This document shows, piece by piece, positions 1 to 12,092 of a stretch of DNA of 64,000 bases. Both the position numbers and the translations under genes were made by a program. Source of the stretch: Selaginella moellendorffii. Lineage: Eukaryota; Plantae; Lycopodiophyta. The stretch spans positions 1,353,960-1,417,959 of the forward strand of contig NW_003314262.1 of assembly GCF_000143415.4 (NCBI RefSeq), written 5' to 3'. Within the stretch, counting starts at the first letter, position 1. Every line of letters begins with the position of its first letter. Below the pieces are notes generated by a model. It did not search any database. It saw only the letters and a list, made by a program, of their open reading frames with translations, and was not told the origin of the DNA.

Positions 1-592
1 TGTTGTGCGTGTGGGCAATCCTAAGCTTGCATTGCAGTCATTGTGGGTGGTGCTGAGTCAAACTTTTGACCTCATTTTTGGCATGGATTAATTACAACAC
101 AATCATGCGAAGTGTGACTTTGAGGTTTTTTCCTCTTGTCTCATACTTCTTTATATTTCATTCATTCTTTTCATTTCTGTACCTCTTCGTCCCTTTATTT
201 CTACCTTTGCTTCCATTACTTTTTTCTTCCCATTACTTCTTTTTATGTTTCTGTCTTGTTTTGCTCTTTCATCTTCCGATCCCTCCAATGGTCTTTGTGT
301 TGCAATGGTTGACTGGCTTATGGAGTATGTTGATCTCTTTAAATTTGACTTATCGTCTGGAGCCAAGATTTGCCACATGCAATCCGATTCCAATTGAGGA
401 TGCTCGTCCAATCACCCAAAGAGATCAAAATTCTACAAACAAATGTTAAGGAGATGTTGGAAAAGGGTGTTATTCGAAAGTCGCGGAGTCCTTGGGCATG
501 TGAACCTCATCTTGTAATGAAGCCTAATAAGAGTATTTATTTTTACATTGACTATCGTCCATTAAACGAAGTGACGATCCTAGACATGTACC

Positions 593-2695
593 TGTAAGCG
601 ACTAATTTTTCCATTTTACTTTAGTCACTTAACTGCACCTCCAACCATTTGGAAGAGTCTCATTCACAACCTCCATAAGTCCCAATTAGGACTTGGGGTT
701 TGCTAGCCCTGAGAATGGCATTCATGCCACTCAACCTTTGCACTTGGTCCAAGTGCACCACATGTCCAATCCCATAACTGACACCTCAAGGTACCACCAA
801 TATATCGGCCCATTAGGCTAAGGCGATGCCCATTCACCTTGGCCACACCGGTGGTTTAACGCCACCTGCATCATAGTCCTATCTCTCAAAAACTGGACCA
901 TCCGTCCGTGAGTGATCATCCCAGATCTATTCTTTAGCATCCTTAGATGCCCGCAAACAAAGGGAATACCCCTCATCGACAACTCTTTTCCAGTCCCCAC
1001 CAAGTCCCTTTTTATCCATGGCCGTGTTTGCCAACACTGCCACTAGATCAAGGCCCGCAAGCTCGACCTCTAAGTCCCACAATCCTTTGGGACTTCCTCA
1101 CCATGCGATCATATCCTTGGTCACTACGCTAAAGGACTGCTCTTCTTCCCTTTCACCATTTGGGACTTTGGGATAACATTTTGGAACACCGTGGCCTTAC
1201 GCAAGCCTTATGGGTACTCTCTTTGCCTTTCGCCTTTAGATGCTCTAGCCATGGGCTTAGAGCGAGGTTCCGTTGAGCCACGCTAGGTAATCCAAGTAAG
1301 TAGTGCCACCCACACTTGGACTGAGAGCATCGGCCAGTTGATCTCTCGAGGGAACTAGAGCCGGCTCTTGAATACTTCACTAAGCTAGCCCGCTTGTCGA
1401 TCCGTGTTCACTCTAATCTTGGACTTCCCAGTGGGCAACTCATCACCCAACACTGAGTACAGCCTTCCTGGGCCAAACTAGCCTTCTTGGGCCAAATTAG
1501 CCTTCCTGGGCCAAACTAGCCTTTCCTGGCCAAATTGGCTCCACTACAGTCCTCCCCCTCACTATACTTTTGCAGCTCACCAAACCCCCCAGGGTCTGGG
1601 AGACGAACGTTTTGGGCTTTCACCCTCTCAGACTCGAACTTGGACTTGGACTCAGACTCGGACTCGGACGTGGACTCGGACTTGGACTTGGACTCGGGCT
1701 CGGGCTCGGTCTTTGCCTCGGCCTCGGTCTCGGTTTCAGTCTTGGTCCTGATCTCGGTCTCGGTCTCGGTCTTGGTCTTGACTTCAGACTCCATCTTGGG
1801 TCTATCTCGAACTCCATCTTGGGTCCATCTCGGACTCCATCTCGGACTCCATCTTGGATCCATCTCGGACTCCATCTCAGACTCCATCTCAGACTCCATC
1901 TCGGGTCCATCTCGGACTCCATCTCAGACTCCATCTCGGGTCCATCTCGGACTCCATCTCGGGTCCATCTCAGACTCCATCTCGGGTCCATCTCAGACTC
2001 CATCTCGGACTCCATCTCGGGTCCATCTCAGACTCCATCTCGAACTCCATCTCGGGTCTTTGCCTCGGCCTCGGCCTCAGTTTCAGTCTTGGTCCTGATC
2101 TCGGTCTCAGTCTCGGTCTTGGTCTTGACTTCAGACTCCATCTCGGGTCTATCTCGAACTCCATCTCGGGTCCATCTCGGACTCCATCTCGGACTCCATC
2201 TTGGATCCATCTCGGACTCCATCTCAGACTCCATCTCAGACTCCATCTCAGACTCCATCTCGGGTCCATCTCGGACTCCATCTCAGACTCTATCTCGGGT
2301 CCATCTCGGACTCCATCTCGGGTCCATCTCAGACTCCATCTCAAGTCCATCTCAGACTCCATCTTGGACTCCATCTTGGGTCCATCTCGGACTCCATCTC
2401 GAACTCCATCTCGGATCCATCTTGGACTCCATCTCAGACTCAATCTTGGGTCCATCTCGGACACTTCCACGTGTCATATGTTGGTCCTCTTGTGTCCCTT
2501 TTCTAGAGACTCACTTATCTTTCACTTTGTGCTTGTTCCTCGAGCACTTTGTTGGGAGTTCCACCCCCACTCTCGACTTTTTCAAGTCAAAGATTTTAGT
2601 CCAAATGTGTTACGTTTGTTTGGTTTTTGCTTCGGCCACTACCACGTGATGCCCTTTCGGCTCCACTTTGGGGCCTAGGGATTTTGTGTCTCACA
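593..2695. mobile_element. Solo LTR (~2.1 kb) carrying an internal 6/12-bp tandem array; copy 1
   Basis: Starts TGTAAG and ends CTCACA, with a perfect 5-bp TSD GTACC (588-592 / 2696-2700). Splits the host RT reading frame. No PBS or internal domain seen. Confidence 0.9.
1625..2462. repeat. Tandem array of 12-bp GGACTCCATCTC-like units and 6-bp GGTCTC/GACTCG units, with a ~350-bp higher-order duplication
   Basis: Directly visible. The block starting GGTCTTTGCCTCGGCCTCGG recurs at ~1708 and ~2055. Confidence 0.95.
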
Positions 2696-3704
2696 GTACC
2701 CTCTTCCTCACACTACTGATCTTTTGGATCGTCTAGGGAGAAGTCCTTGGTTCACCAAGCTCAATCTTACTTTTGGGTACTAATAAGTACTGATGGCCGA
2801 AGAAGATATTTTTAATATTGCTTTTTGTACATTATTTGGTTTGTACGAGTTTTTGGTGATGCCATTTGGTTTAAATAATGCTCCAACAACTTTTCAATAG
2901 ATGATGGACGAGGTTCTTTGCGATATACTAGAAGTGATTATTGACTTTATTAATGATGTCTTGATCCACTCGGAGGGGACATAAGAGGAACATGTCCATG
3001 ATGTTTGTAAAGTGTTGGATTGACTATACAAAGTTGGTTCAAGTTGAAGCGGTTGAAGTGCATATTTGGGTCCAAAGACACAACTTATCTTGGGTATTAT
3101 ATTTTTCTTGTGTATTTTTTGTGAGGGTTTGCAAATTGATCAAGACAAACTTGTAGTTATTCTAAAGTTTCATACTCTAAAGTGCGTGAATGATGTGCAA
3201 CACTTCCTAGGCAAGATGTAGTATCTTGGTTGTTTTGTGGACCATCTTTCTGATTGCACTGCACCTTTGCGAGCATTGTTGAAGTCATCAACGTCATCTT
3301 TCATTTGGTTTTCGGATTGTGAGAGGGCGTTTATGGATCTCAAAGAGCTATGGATGACTCCTTCAGTTTTGGCATATCTTGACTATATTTAACATTTTTG
3401 TTTTGCATATGGATGGTTTTTTATATTAGTTTTGGAGGTGTGTTGATGCAAAAGAGCCCAAGTGTGCTTGGTTAGTGTTATCCCATTATATATATAAGTT
3501 GTATATTACAACAAACGGAGGTGAACTATTTCAGGATAAAAAAGAAGTATTTAGTAGCAATTTGGTAGTTTGAGAAATTTCATGTATATCTACATGGTTG
3601 TTGGTCATTACTAAAAGATGATTATGCTACTATTACTTTATTATTGAAACGGAAGAGCCTAGTTGGTTATATTGCTTGGTAGGCTTTTAAGTTTTAGATA
3701 TATG

Positions 3705-4360
3705 TATGAGACACAAAATCCCTAGGCCCCAAAGTGGAGCCAGAAAGGGTGCCACGTGGTAGTGGCCGAAGCGAAAGCCAAACGAGCATAACACGTTTGG
3801 ACTAAAAGCTCCGACTTGGAAGGTCGAGAGCGGGAGTGGAACTCCCAACAAAGTGCTCGAGGAGCAAGCACGAGGCAGCCAATAAGCAAGGCTCCAAAAA
3901 GGGACCCAAAAAGGACCAACACATGACACGTGAAAGTGTTCGAGATGGAGTCCGAGGCGGACCCGAGTTGGGGTCCGAGATGGACCCGAAGTGGAGTCCG
4001 ATATGGAGTCCGATATGGAGTCCAAAGTGGAGTCCGAGATGGAGTCCGAGATGGACCCAAAGTGGAGTCCGATATGGAGTCCGAAGTGGAGTCCGAGATG
4101 GAGTCCGAGATGGACCCGAAGTGGAGTCCGATATGGAGTCCGAAGTGGAGTCCGAGATGGACCCGAAGTGGAGTCCCATATGGAGTCCCATATGGAGTCC
4201 GAAGTGGAGTCCGAAGTGGAGTCCGAGATGGACCCGAAGTGGAGTCCGATATGGAGTCCGATATGGAGTCCAAGATGGAGTCCGAGATGTACTCGAGATG
4301 GAGTCCGAGATGGACCCGAGATGGAGTCCAAGATGGACCCGAGATGGAGCCCGAGACCGG

Positions 4361-4397
<37 letters not shown>

Positions 4398-5475
4398 TCC
4401 GAGTCCGAATCCGGGACCGAGACCGAGTCCGAGTCCGAGTCCGAGTCTGAATACTAATACAGGCAATTGGGTGAAAGCCCAAAGCGATCGTCCCCCAGGG
4501 GGGGGGGGGGCTGCGGGGGGTTCCAAAAGTATAGTAGGGAGAGTGTGGGGGTTGGAGCCCAGTGGAGCCAGTTTGGCTAGGAAAGGCCAGTTTGGCCCAG
4601 GAAGGCCAGACCCAGTGTTGGGCGATGAGCTGACCACTGGGAAGTCTAAGACTAGAGTGAACACGGATTGACAAGCGGGGTAGCTTGGTGAAGTGTTCAA
4701 GAGTCGGCTCTAGTTCCCCCGGGAGATCGACTGGCCGATGCTCCCAGTCCAAGTGTGGGTGGCACTACCTACTTGGATACCAGGCGTGGCTCAACGGAAC
4801 CTCGCTCTAAGCCCATGGCTAGAGCACCCAAGGGCGGAAGGCGGGGAGAGTACCCAGGTGGCTCGCGTAAGGCCACGGTGTTCCGAAATGTTGTCCCAAA
4901 GGCCCAGATTGTGGAAAGGAAGAGGAGCAGTCCTCTGGGGTAGTGACCAAGGACACAGTCATGTGGTGAGGAAGTCCCAGAGGACCGTGGGACTTAGTGG
5001 TCGGGCCTGTGGGCCTCGATCCAGTGGCAGTGTTGGCAAACACGGCCAGGGGCAAAAAGGGACTTAGTGGGGACTGACAGAGGGATATTGGGGAAGGCTA
5101 TTCCTCTTGTCGGTGGGCATCCTAAGGATGCTAAGGAGTGGATCTGAGATGACCACTCATGGATGGTTTGCCTAGTCTTGGAGAGCCAAGACTGTGATAC
5201 AAGTGGTATTGGACTACCAGTGTGGCAAAGGTGATTGGGCATGGCCTTAGCGTAACAGGCTGCCATGTCGGTGGTACTTTTGAGTGTCGGTCTTGGGATC
5301 GGACACGTGGAACACTTGGACCGAGTGCAAATGTTGAGTGGCATGGATACCATTCTCGGGGCTAGCAAGTCCCAAGTCTTGAAATGGACTTATGGAGGTT
5401 GTGATTGAGACTCCTCCAAGTGGTCGGAGGTGTGGTTAAGTGACTAAAGTAAAATGGAAAATTTAGTCGATTACA
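3705..5475. mobile_element. Solo LTR of the same family in opposite orientation; copy 2
   Basis: Reverse complement of copy 1 (TATGAGACACAAAATC...GATTACA), with a perfect TSD ATATG (3700-3704 / 5476-5480). Tandem array at ~3940-4450. Confidence 0.9.
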
Positions 5476-6517
5476 ATATGATTTTGATGTTGTTCATCAC
5501 CCGGGGAGTTTTATAGCTGATGTTGATGCCTTTTCTCAAACTTCTGTTCCATTTTTACTCTCTTCTCCTATTTTTGACGAGCTTGTTGTTTCAACATCTA
5601 TAGATTTTCTAGATGAGGATTTTGTACCATTGACAGTTGCTGTACTTGACGTTTAGTGTTGACAAGATGCAAAACAAGATTTACCTTCTCTTGACGAGGT
5701 TCGTGAGGCTCAAAAGATTGAGTTATGGATTCAAAGGCTTCGTAATAGATTTGAGAATCTTGCATCCTTTGCTAATGACTTGCTAATTTGGCATTTACAT
5801 TCTCAATATCACTTTGAAGATGACTTTTTTTATTTTGTGGGGACGGATCTTGATAATCATTTATAGCTGGTGGTGCCTTCAATATTTATTCCATGGTTTT
5901 TCCATGCTTACCATGATTCTTTTATTCTAGGCCGGTATATAAGACATTGTTGTGTGACTAAGAAGCTATACAGGTATTTCTATTGGCTGGAGATGCAATG
6001 TAATGTTATCCGATATGTGTGTAGTTGTGTTTGGTGCCAAATTCATAATACTCTCCTTTGTGCTACAAAAGGACAGTTGGAGTCAATTGCAATTTCCCGT
6101 TTGTTTTAGTTGGTGATTTTGATTTTTTGGGACCTTTTTCACAATTGACTGTTAACAATGAATATGTTAATATTGCTTTTGACTACTTGACTTGCTAGGT
6201 GGAAGTTGGTGCTCTTGCTCGCGTCTTTGCAACTACTGTTGGATACTTCCTCTTCAATTGAGTGGTGTTCCAGCATTCTTGTCCAGAGCAGATTCTTTCG
6301 GATAATGAGGCATTTTACGTTTTGACGTCTTAGTTGGGAATACACCACACTTTCATGAGTGCTTATCATCCATAATCAGACAGTTTGGTGGAACAGCTTT
6401 CATGGATTTCTACCTGTGAAGGATGGTTTCTTTATTCCAGAGAGCTCAAAATCCTCACCAAGTTTCGCAAGTCTTTGTGAGTTTTCTGCGATTTTCTCCA
6501 TGAAACTAACATTAACT

Positions 6518-6735
6518 TCACTCATGCAGGAACACCTTGGTCTCGACTTTCATGGTCTTGGTGAAAAAATACTGCCAGCTCAAGTACGCGGCCACAAGGT
6601 TGCTGAAAGTAGCAGCCCCGACGAGCATGTTCATCACCACCATCTGGAGACGCACAGTTTCCAGCGGCAACATGCCACCCACAGGACTCAAGGCCAGTAT
6701 CAGAGTTCTCGGCGTCGCTCCAAGAGCTAGAGCAA
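6518..6735 (-). pseudogene. C-terminal fragment of an ALS3/STAR2 (UPF0014) membrane protein with internal deletions
   Basis: Hand translation ALALGATPRTLILALSPVGGMLPLETVRLQMVVMNMLVGAATFSNLVAAYLSWQYFFTKTMKVETKVF* resembles the recalled ALS3/STAR2 C-terminus, with two segments missing. Confidence 0.7.
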
Positions 6736-6799
6736 AAGGTGATTTTGTTTTCTTAGTTCTAAGTGGTTCCGAGCCTTCGAACTTCCCTCATGCCTACAT

Positions 6800-9600
6800 C
6801 CTGGACGGCTTCAATGGAGTGGATGAATCTCTCCAGACCCGAGGTTCCAAACTTCTTCTCGTCCGCGGCGCTCGAGCATGGAAAGGGCTAATATGGTATT
6901 TCTGCGACGGTGATCTGGGACACAGCGGTGGGGCTCTCGCGGGAGTTTGATTTCTCGGGAGCTCCAGTCAGGCGATCTTAGTGCCTGGTTTCTAGTTGAA
7001 TAACGTTCTTCTCCTGTGCACCAACGCAAGGCACCACGGTGTGCATGGCTTTCAACTTGGTGGCCAAGAACTTTGATAGGAATTCCCGGTTTCTGGGAAG
7101 CTTGCTTGGTGACTCTCAGGCATGGCTTCGAGACAGACAACGCTCCAAAGAAGATGGCGAACTTCTTCTCTGCCAGCTGAAAAACGGCAAGGTTGAGTCG
7201 TTCTCGAGATACAGCACCAGCCTCGACGTCGACTTTAGCAGCTTGCATCTCCAAGATGACGGTCATGGAAACTTGGAACAGGATGATCACAAAAGTAGCT
7301 TGATCGGGGTGGACTTCAGAAGTTTGCGTCTGGATTGGATCCTCGGTGATCGTGAAAACAGTGGCTACGAAAATCATGCAGTGGTGGTCGTTTGGCCGAG
7401 CAGCAGTGACGTATACATGGTTTCGTGTGCGGCCTTGGATATACTGGAGGAAAAGAAAGAAGTAGCGTTTCTCCAGCAGGTACTGAGGCGATCAAGGCTC
7501 GTGACGGGAGCAAACGTTATGGCATACGTTGGCCTTAGGGGCAAAAACGACTCCCTTCCTCTTTTCTCGGTGGATGGAAGAATCCATCGCCTCCATCGCC
7601 ACCGCCATAGCCAGGAAGAACAGCAGCAAGCAAGAACACGAGAGATTCGACACGATTTTCCTCTCCTGGCCAGATGATCGATAATTCGCGGTGGTAAACT
7701 GGGGGCTGGAGCTGATTGCCGGCATCGCGCTCGTCGTCGCGTACTTGCTCCTACTCCTCGTCACCAGGATTTGCGAGGCACGGTCAGGGTAACAGCAGCA
7801 GCGGCGCCAACGGCAGATCGTGGAATCGGAGCTGGAATTCGATCAAGATCGCTGGATTCAACTGGAAAGACTACCCGGCGCTCATGTCCGAGGCGCTCGA
7901 GAATGGATGGGCGGCATTTGCCCTCTCCCAGGTCGATCATGGGGTGGATCATCGTCCCCATAATCAGAAGCAGGGATTTCACGCGGAGACAAGGTGGGAG
8001 GTCGGGCCAGGGACCGAGCTGATGCAAATTCTTCGATCCAATCCGGGGATTCCCATCGCGGAGATTTCATCCACCGGGAGCGCGCAGTTCTTCAAATCCG
8101 CGCTGCCGCTCCCTGGCCCCTTCCTGGGAATCTACTCCTACCCGCAAGAATCCTACATCGAGATCACAGTTCTTGGGCAGTGGTTCCAAAGGATAAACTC
8201 TTACTGTCCGGGATTGGAAGCCTCGAGGTGGCGAAACTGCTTGCTCTAGCAGTGGAGTCACACGGATGGAATGCTTATGCCACTGTCATAGTGGACAAGC
8301 TTCTTAGAGAGGAGCGTTTCAAAGACGAGGCTGAGAACTTCGTCCATCTTGCCTTGGAGCTCGAGAAATTGGATTCCTTTGGAAGCTGCGGTTCAAGTCG
8401 CCCAAAAGATTCTCCTGTAAGATGGTGTATCGGGTTCTTGGTTTCCGGAGTTCTTGGAGACTCTAACGGTTGGTGCTACAACCAAGGCGTTGTGTTCTCT
8501 AGTCCTACAGCACGACAAGCTTAGGCCAAGCAAAAGCTGTTTTCGATGGTCACTCAAAGGAACAATCTGGAAGAAGTTGCTCCATCACTTCTCGTCAAAG
8601 TGATGAGAGTTCTTGCGTTCTTTCTCGCCAATCCGAAGCTTCTGGATTCGTTTGTGGCCGCTTTGCTGCAGCAGGTGACAAACGAAAAGCCGAAGGAGAC
8701 GCTACTCGAAACGTTTCTTGCAGAAAGAGCAGGATGGATGGATGCTGCTTTTGACAGTCAAGGGACTTACAGAGATCTTCGCGAACTGCGAGGCAAGGTC
8801 CCTGTGGGATTTGCTCCGTAAGTGCCATGCTGAAGGACGGATGGCCCGTTTGAAGGATGGAATTCCGAGAGCGTCCTGTACCAGGCTTTGCGAAATTATC
8901 ATGGCTTCAAACGACTTTGACATCGATGAAGAGTTACAAGCCTTGTTGCTGGTCGGCGAACCGAAACTTCTAAATTCTTTTATCAAAGTCGAAACAAGAA
9001 GAATGCCGACACCCTCTAATCTCTTCAAGTGTCATGAAGGATTTCTGGCTTTGAAGCAAAACCCGGGAACCTTAGTATCCTTCACGAAGCTTTGCGAGAT
9101 GATAACGTCCAGGGCACTCGGGGCCGGAAGCTTTGGAAAGGTGATGAACGTCCTCATTTGGCTTGGCAACGAGCAGCTGCTGGAAAAGTTGAAGGAGTCA
9201 CTCTTGAAGTCCGAGCATGCATTGATTTTGAGAGAAGCTCTCAAGAAGGAAGAGAACTGGACGATGTGGCCGGAGATGATACTGGATCTCGCAAAGTCGC
9301 GGGTGGGGAGCTTGTCAAGGATGAGATCCCCGGAGCTCACAAGGTACCGGGCTCCTCCTCCAGAGATTTCTGGAAGGTCCAGAGCACTACACTGGCAAGT
9401 TCAAGAACATCCATGGAGCTCGAAAGCTTGCAGACGAGATCAACAGCTTGAAGAAAGGTGGTCACTTGTAAGCGTCCGCGAGTGACCAGAAAGCCTTCGT
9501 TTTCATAACAAAGACCCACGAGTCTTTCGAGGCGAGATTGAAGGAGTATCATGATGCCCAGAACGAGATCCAGAAATTAAACCGGTGGATCGCTTCTCCT
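6800..9600 (+). pseudogene. Frameshifted relic of a large 2OG-Fe(II)-oxygenase-domain-like gene
   Basis: Chain of short overlapping ORFs in changing frames. Remnant motifs SKLLL, HSGG..REFDF, CMAFNLV and HAVVVVWP recall the microbial/fungal-type family. Assignment tentative. Confidence 0.4.
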
Positions 9601-9867
9601 TCTTCATCGAAGAAGCGCAAAGCCAGAGATTGATCCATCAAGATTGCTTGAAGATGTTACAAAGTGATGGACAACCTAATTTGATATAAACTTGATGTTT
9701 GCTAGCTAGAATTGCCACAAAGTTCTTAGTGGCAAGAAGTTGAGTTCTAAGTTCTTAGAATTGTCTAGTTTTATTTGATAGACCTTAACAAATCTTTAAC
9801 AGATGTTTAAATTAAAAGACAATGATATGGTGATAACGTTGATATAATTGCCATCTTCACAAATCTC

Positions 9868-11346
9868 TTATGTCTTAAACAACCATGCGAGGCACATTGC
9901 AGCTGTCCATGAAAAGCAACCGCCACCCGCGCCCATGCCTGTCAAAGGACAATAGTACTCGAATATCCCCCCATTCTTAACCAGCTCGTAGCTATCCCTC
10001 TCCACGCGCTGCGCCAGCTCCCCGTACCCATACCTTTTGAGCCCCTCCGACACCATCCAGTTGACAATGAGCCAAACCGGTCCTCTCCAGTAGCGAAGTG
10101 CCTCAAACTGGGGATCCCGCGGGTCACAACTGGGGATACCGTACGCCACGTCGTCCAGCCACCGGCCCAAAGTCCGGGCCACCGCGCTGGCCTTCTCCCC
10201 GGACGCCACGCCAGCAAACAGCGGCAAAAACCCCGCCGACGTAGCAGCCGGCAAGAACTGCCCCGTCAGCTGATCCTTACACCTGTACAGCCCGGCCTCC
10301 ACGTCAAACAGCGTATCAAACGCCACGTTGGCCCGGGCCGTCCAGCCGCGGATCTCCGACTCATCCGTACACGCCCCGGTTGCGCCCGCCAGCCACAAGA
10401 GGTCCTCGTTCGCCTTGTGGAGGATGCAGTTCGTGCAAAGGTCCGTCACCCTGAATGGCGTCTCGTAGTAGAGCTTGGCCTCGTCATAGTCGAGCGCGCG
10501 GAATCGATAGAGCAGCGTGAGGTAGCGATCATACTCGGCCTTCTGTGGTCTCATCTTCGCGTCTACGTGCCCCAAATCTCTTCTCACGTAGGGAGGTATG
10601 TCGTCGATTGGAACTCGAGCGAGCGCCTCGTCCCAAGCGGGGCTGTTGTCCATCCCCGTCTCCCAAGGATGGATCGTCGCAACCAGTCCTGTTCCTTCCG
10701 GATCCCTGGCCCTGTAGAACCAGCGGTGCCACGCTAGAAGCTTTGGAAAGAGCTTCCTCGCCATCGCTAGAGCTAGAGCCTTGTCTTTGGCCTCCTCCAA
10801 GAGCCTCCGGACCGAGATGGCCGCTACTGGAGGCTGTGTGATGCCTGTGGTGTTCCTGGGCTTGTCGGGCGATCCCCAAATCTCCGGACCCGGGAAGTAA
10901 GTCGAGCTCGGCTTGTGGAAGACGATGTGAGGAACCATGCCGTCTTCCCACTGCGCGGACATGAGCCGGTCCAATTCCTCCCATGCCCGCTCCTCCTCCA
11001 TCTCGGCCAGGCCCAGTGACACGAGAGCCGAGTCCCAGTTCCACTGGTAAGGATAGAGTCCTTTGGCCGGGATCGTGTAGCCACCTTGGTCGTTCTCCGC
11101 TAAGATCTTCCTGCAAGCCTCCAGTGCCTGGGCTTTCATGGTGGTGAACTCTGGGCCGCAGCGGAATTGGGAAGCAAACCTTTGATCTTGGGCAGACGCG
11201 GCGGCCGCAGCCGGGATGGCCACGGACAACATGTTGTTGACGATCTCGGATACCTCCTTGGAGATCACAGGTGGTGCGTGAGGGATACTTGTAGCTTCCA
11301 CTACTGGTGGCAAGCATCGCACTGGTCCCGCCATCCCAAATGCCAT
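9868..11346 (-). CDS. MGH: GH63 mannosylglycerate/glucosylglycerate hydrolase (bacterial type), intronless CDS
   Basis: Motifs YTIPAKGLYPYQWNWDS, GITQPP, HPWETGMDNSPAWD, YWRGPVW, EYYCP..G.G.G...FSWTAA. First ATG at 11346. N-terminal extension of about 65 aa before the core. Confidence 0.93.
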   Translation of the reverse strand: MAFGMAGPVRCLPPVVEATSIPHAPPVISKEVSEIVNNMLSVAIPAAAAASAQDQRFASQFRCGPEFTTMKAQALEACRKILAENDQGGYTIPAKGLYPYQWNWDSALVSLGLAEMEEERAWEELDRLMSAQWEDGMVPHIVFHKPSSTYFPGPEIWGSPDKPRNTTGITQPPVAAISVRRLLEEAKDKALALAMARKLFPKLLAWHRWFYRARDPEGTGLVATIHPWETGMDNSPAWDEALARVPIDDIPPYVRRDLGHVDAKMRPQKAEYDRYLTLLYRFRALDYDEAKLYYETPFRVTDLCTNCILHKANEDLLWLAGATGACTDESEIRGWTARANVAFDTLFDVEAGLYRCKDQLTGQFLPAATSAGFLPLFAGVASGEKASAVARTLGRWLDDVAYGIPSCDPRDPQFEALRYWRGPVWLIVNWMVSEGLKRYGYGELAQRVERDSYELVKNGGIFEYYCPLTGMGAGGGCFSWTAAMCLAWLFKT

Positions 11347-11945
11347 ACGACTGTGATAAAAGAATGAGAACAAGAGTGTTAGAAACCCTGTTTACATATT
11401 AGGCCTGAGGAAAAGGTCGCTAAAAAGGTGTTAAAAACTTTTAAAAGGAAAAGGGTTCTTCGTTTAAAGGAGCCTTTAAATCCTAACCCTCGGTTTAGAT
11501 TAACCCTCCCTTTAAATCTTAACCCTTGCTAGAGAAAAAAAAGCCCGAAGTACCTGCACGAGCGTGGATGGACGACGGGGACGGGGCGAATCGCCTGCGT
11601 GGACGATCCACCGCGGAATTCGATGGGATCACAGGAATCCTTCCACGATAATGACGACAAGAGATGACGATCGATGCCGCCGTCCCTGCTGCTGCGACGA
11701 AAAAGAAAGATTAGACGAATGACAATGCGCCCGATGCGCGGTCTCAACCCCGAGAGGAATCATCGCCGATGGCGCCGACGATCGCGACTGGAAATCGCCG
11801 AAATTCTTGCGTGGCGCCGTGGGATTGGGATCCATCGTCGGATCCAAGCCCTGACCTAATGCGCCAGATCCAGCTTCCTCTTCTTCCCCCATTGAAAATT
11901 TTTTATGGGGAAAGCCACCGCCGTTTCCTCTTCCGTTAACTGCTG

Positions 11946-12026
11946 ACGCGTGTCGTGACGTAGTACTGACGTGGCAATGATCCTACTTTTAGGGCTTAGT
12001 AATGACATGGCCAGTGATGACGTGGC
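11946..12026. promoter_or_regulatory. ABRE/CE3-like cluster in the divergent MGH-PRD1 promoter
   Basis: ACGCGTGTC at 11946-11954; ACGTGGC at 11969-11975 and 12020-12026. Confidence 0.45.
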
Positions 12027-12092
12027 ACAGTAAGATCTTTGAGTTTTCCCGCGCTTGGTTTTAGGGCTTTTGCTAGGGTTTAAGGCAATGTG

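Larger units (their letters stand above)
1..6410 (+). mobile_element. Degenerate Ty3/gypsy LTR-retrotransposon pol (protease-RT-RNaseH-integrase), interrupted by two nested solo LTRs
   Basis: RT motifs EMLEKGVIRKSRSPW...IDYRPLN (ORF 370-597). DMYPLPHTTDLLDRLG is restored across the 593-2695 insertion. [11 protein letters not shown] lies near 2860 and integrase zinc-finger remnants (HAYHDS...CVWCQ) at 5870-6109. Many stops and frameshifts. Confidence 0.9.

Noticed and set aside
1625-4450. Repeat arrays as CRISPR, or their long six-frame ORFs as proteins
   Set aside because: There are no unique spacers or cas genes, and the context is eukaryotic. The ORFs arise from stop-free 6/12-bp units inside TSD-flanked LTRs.
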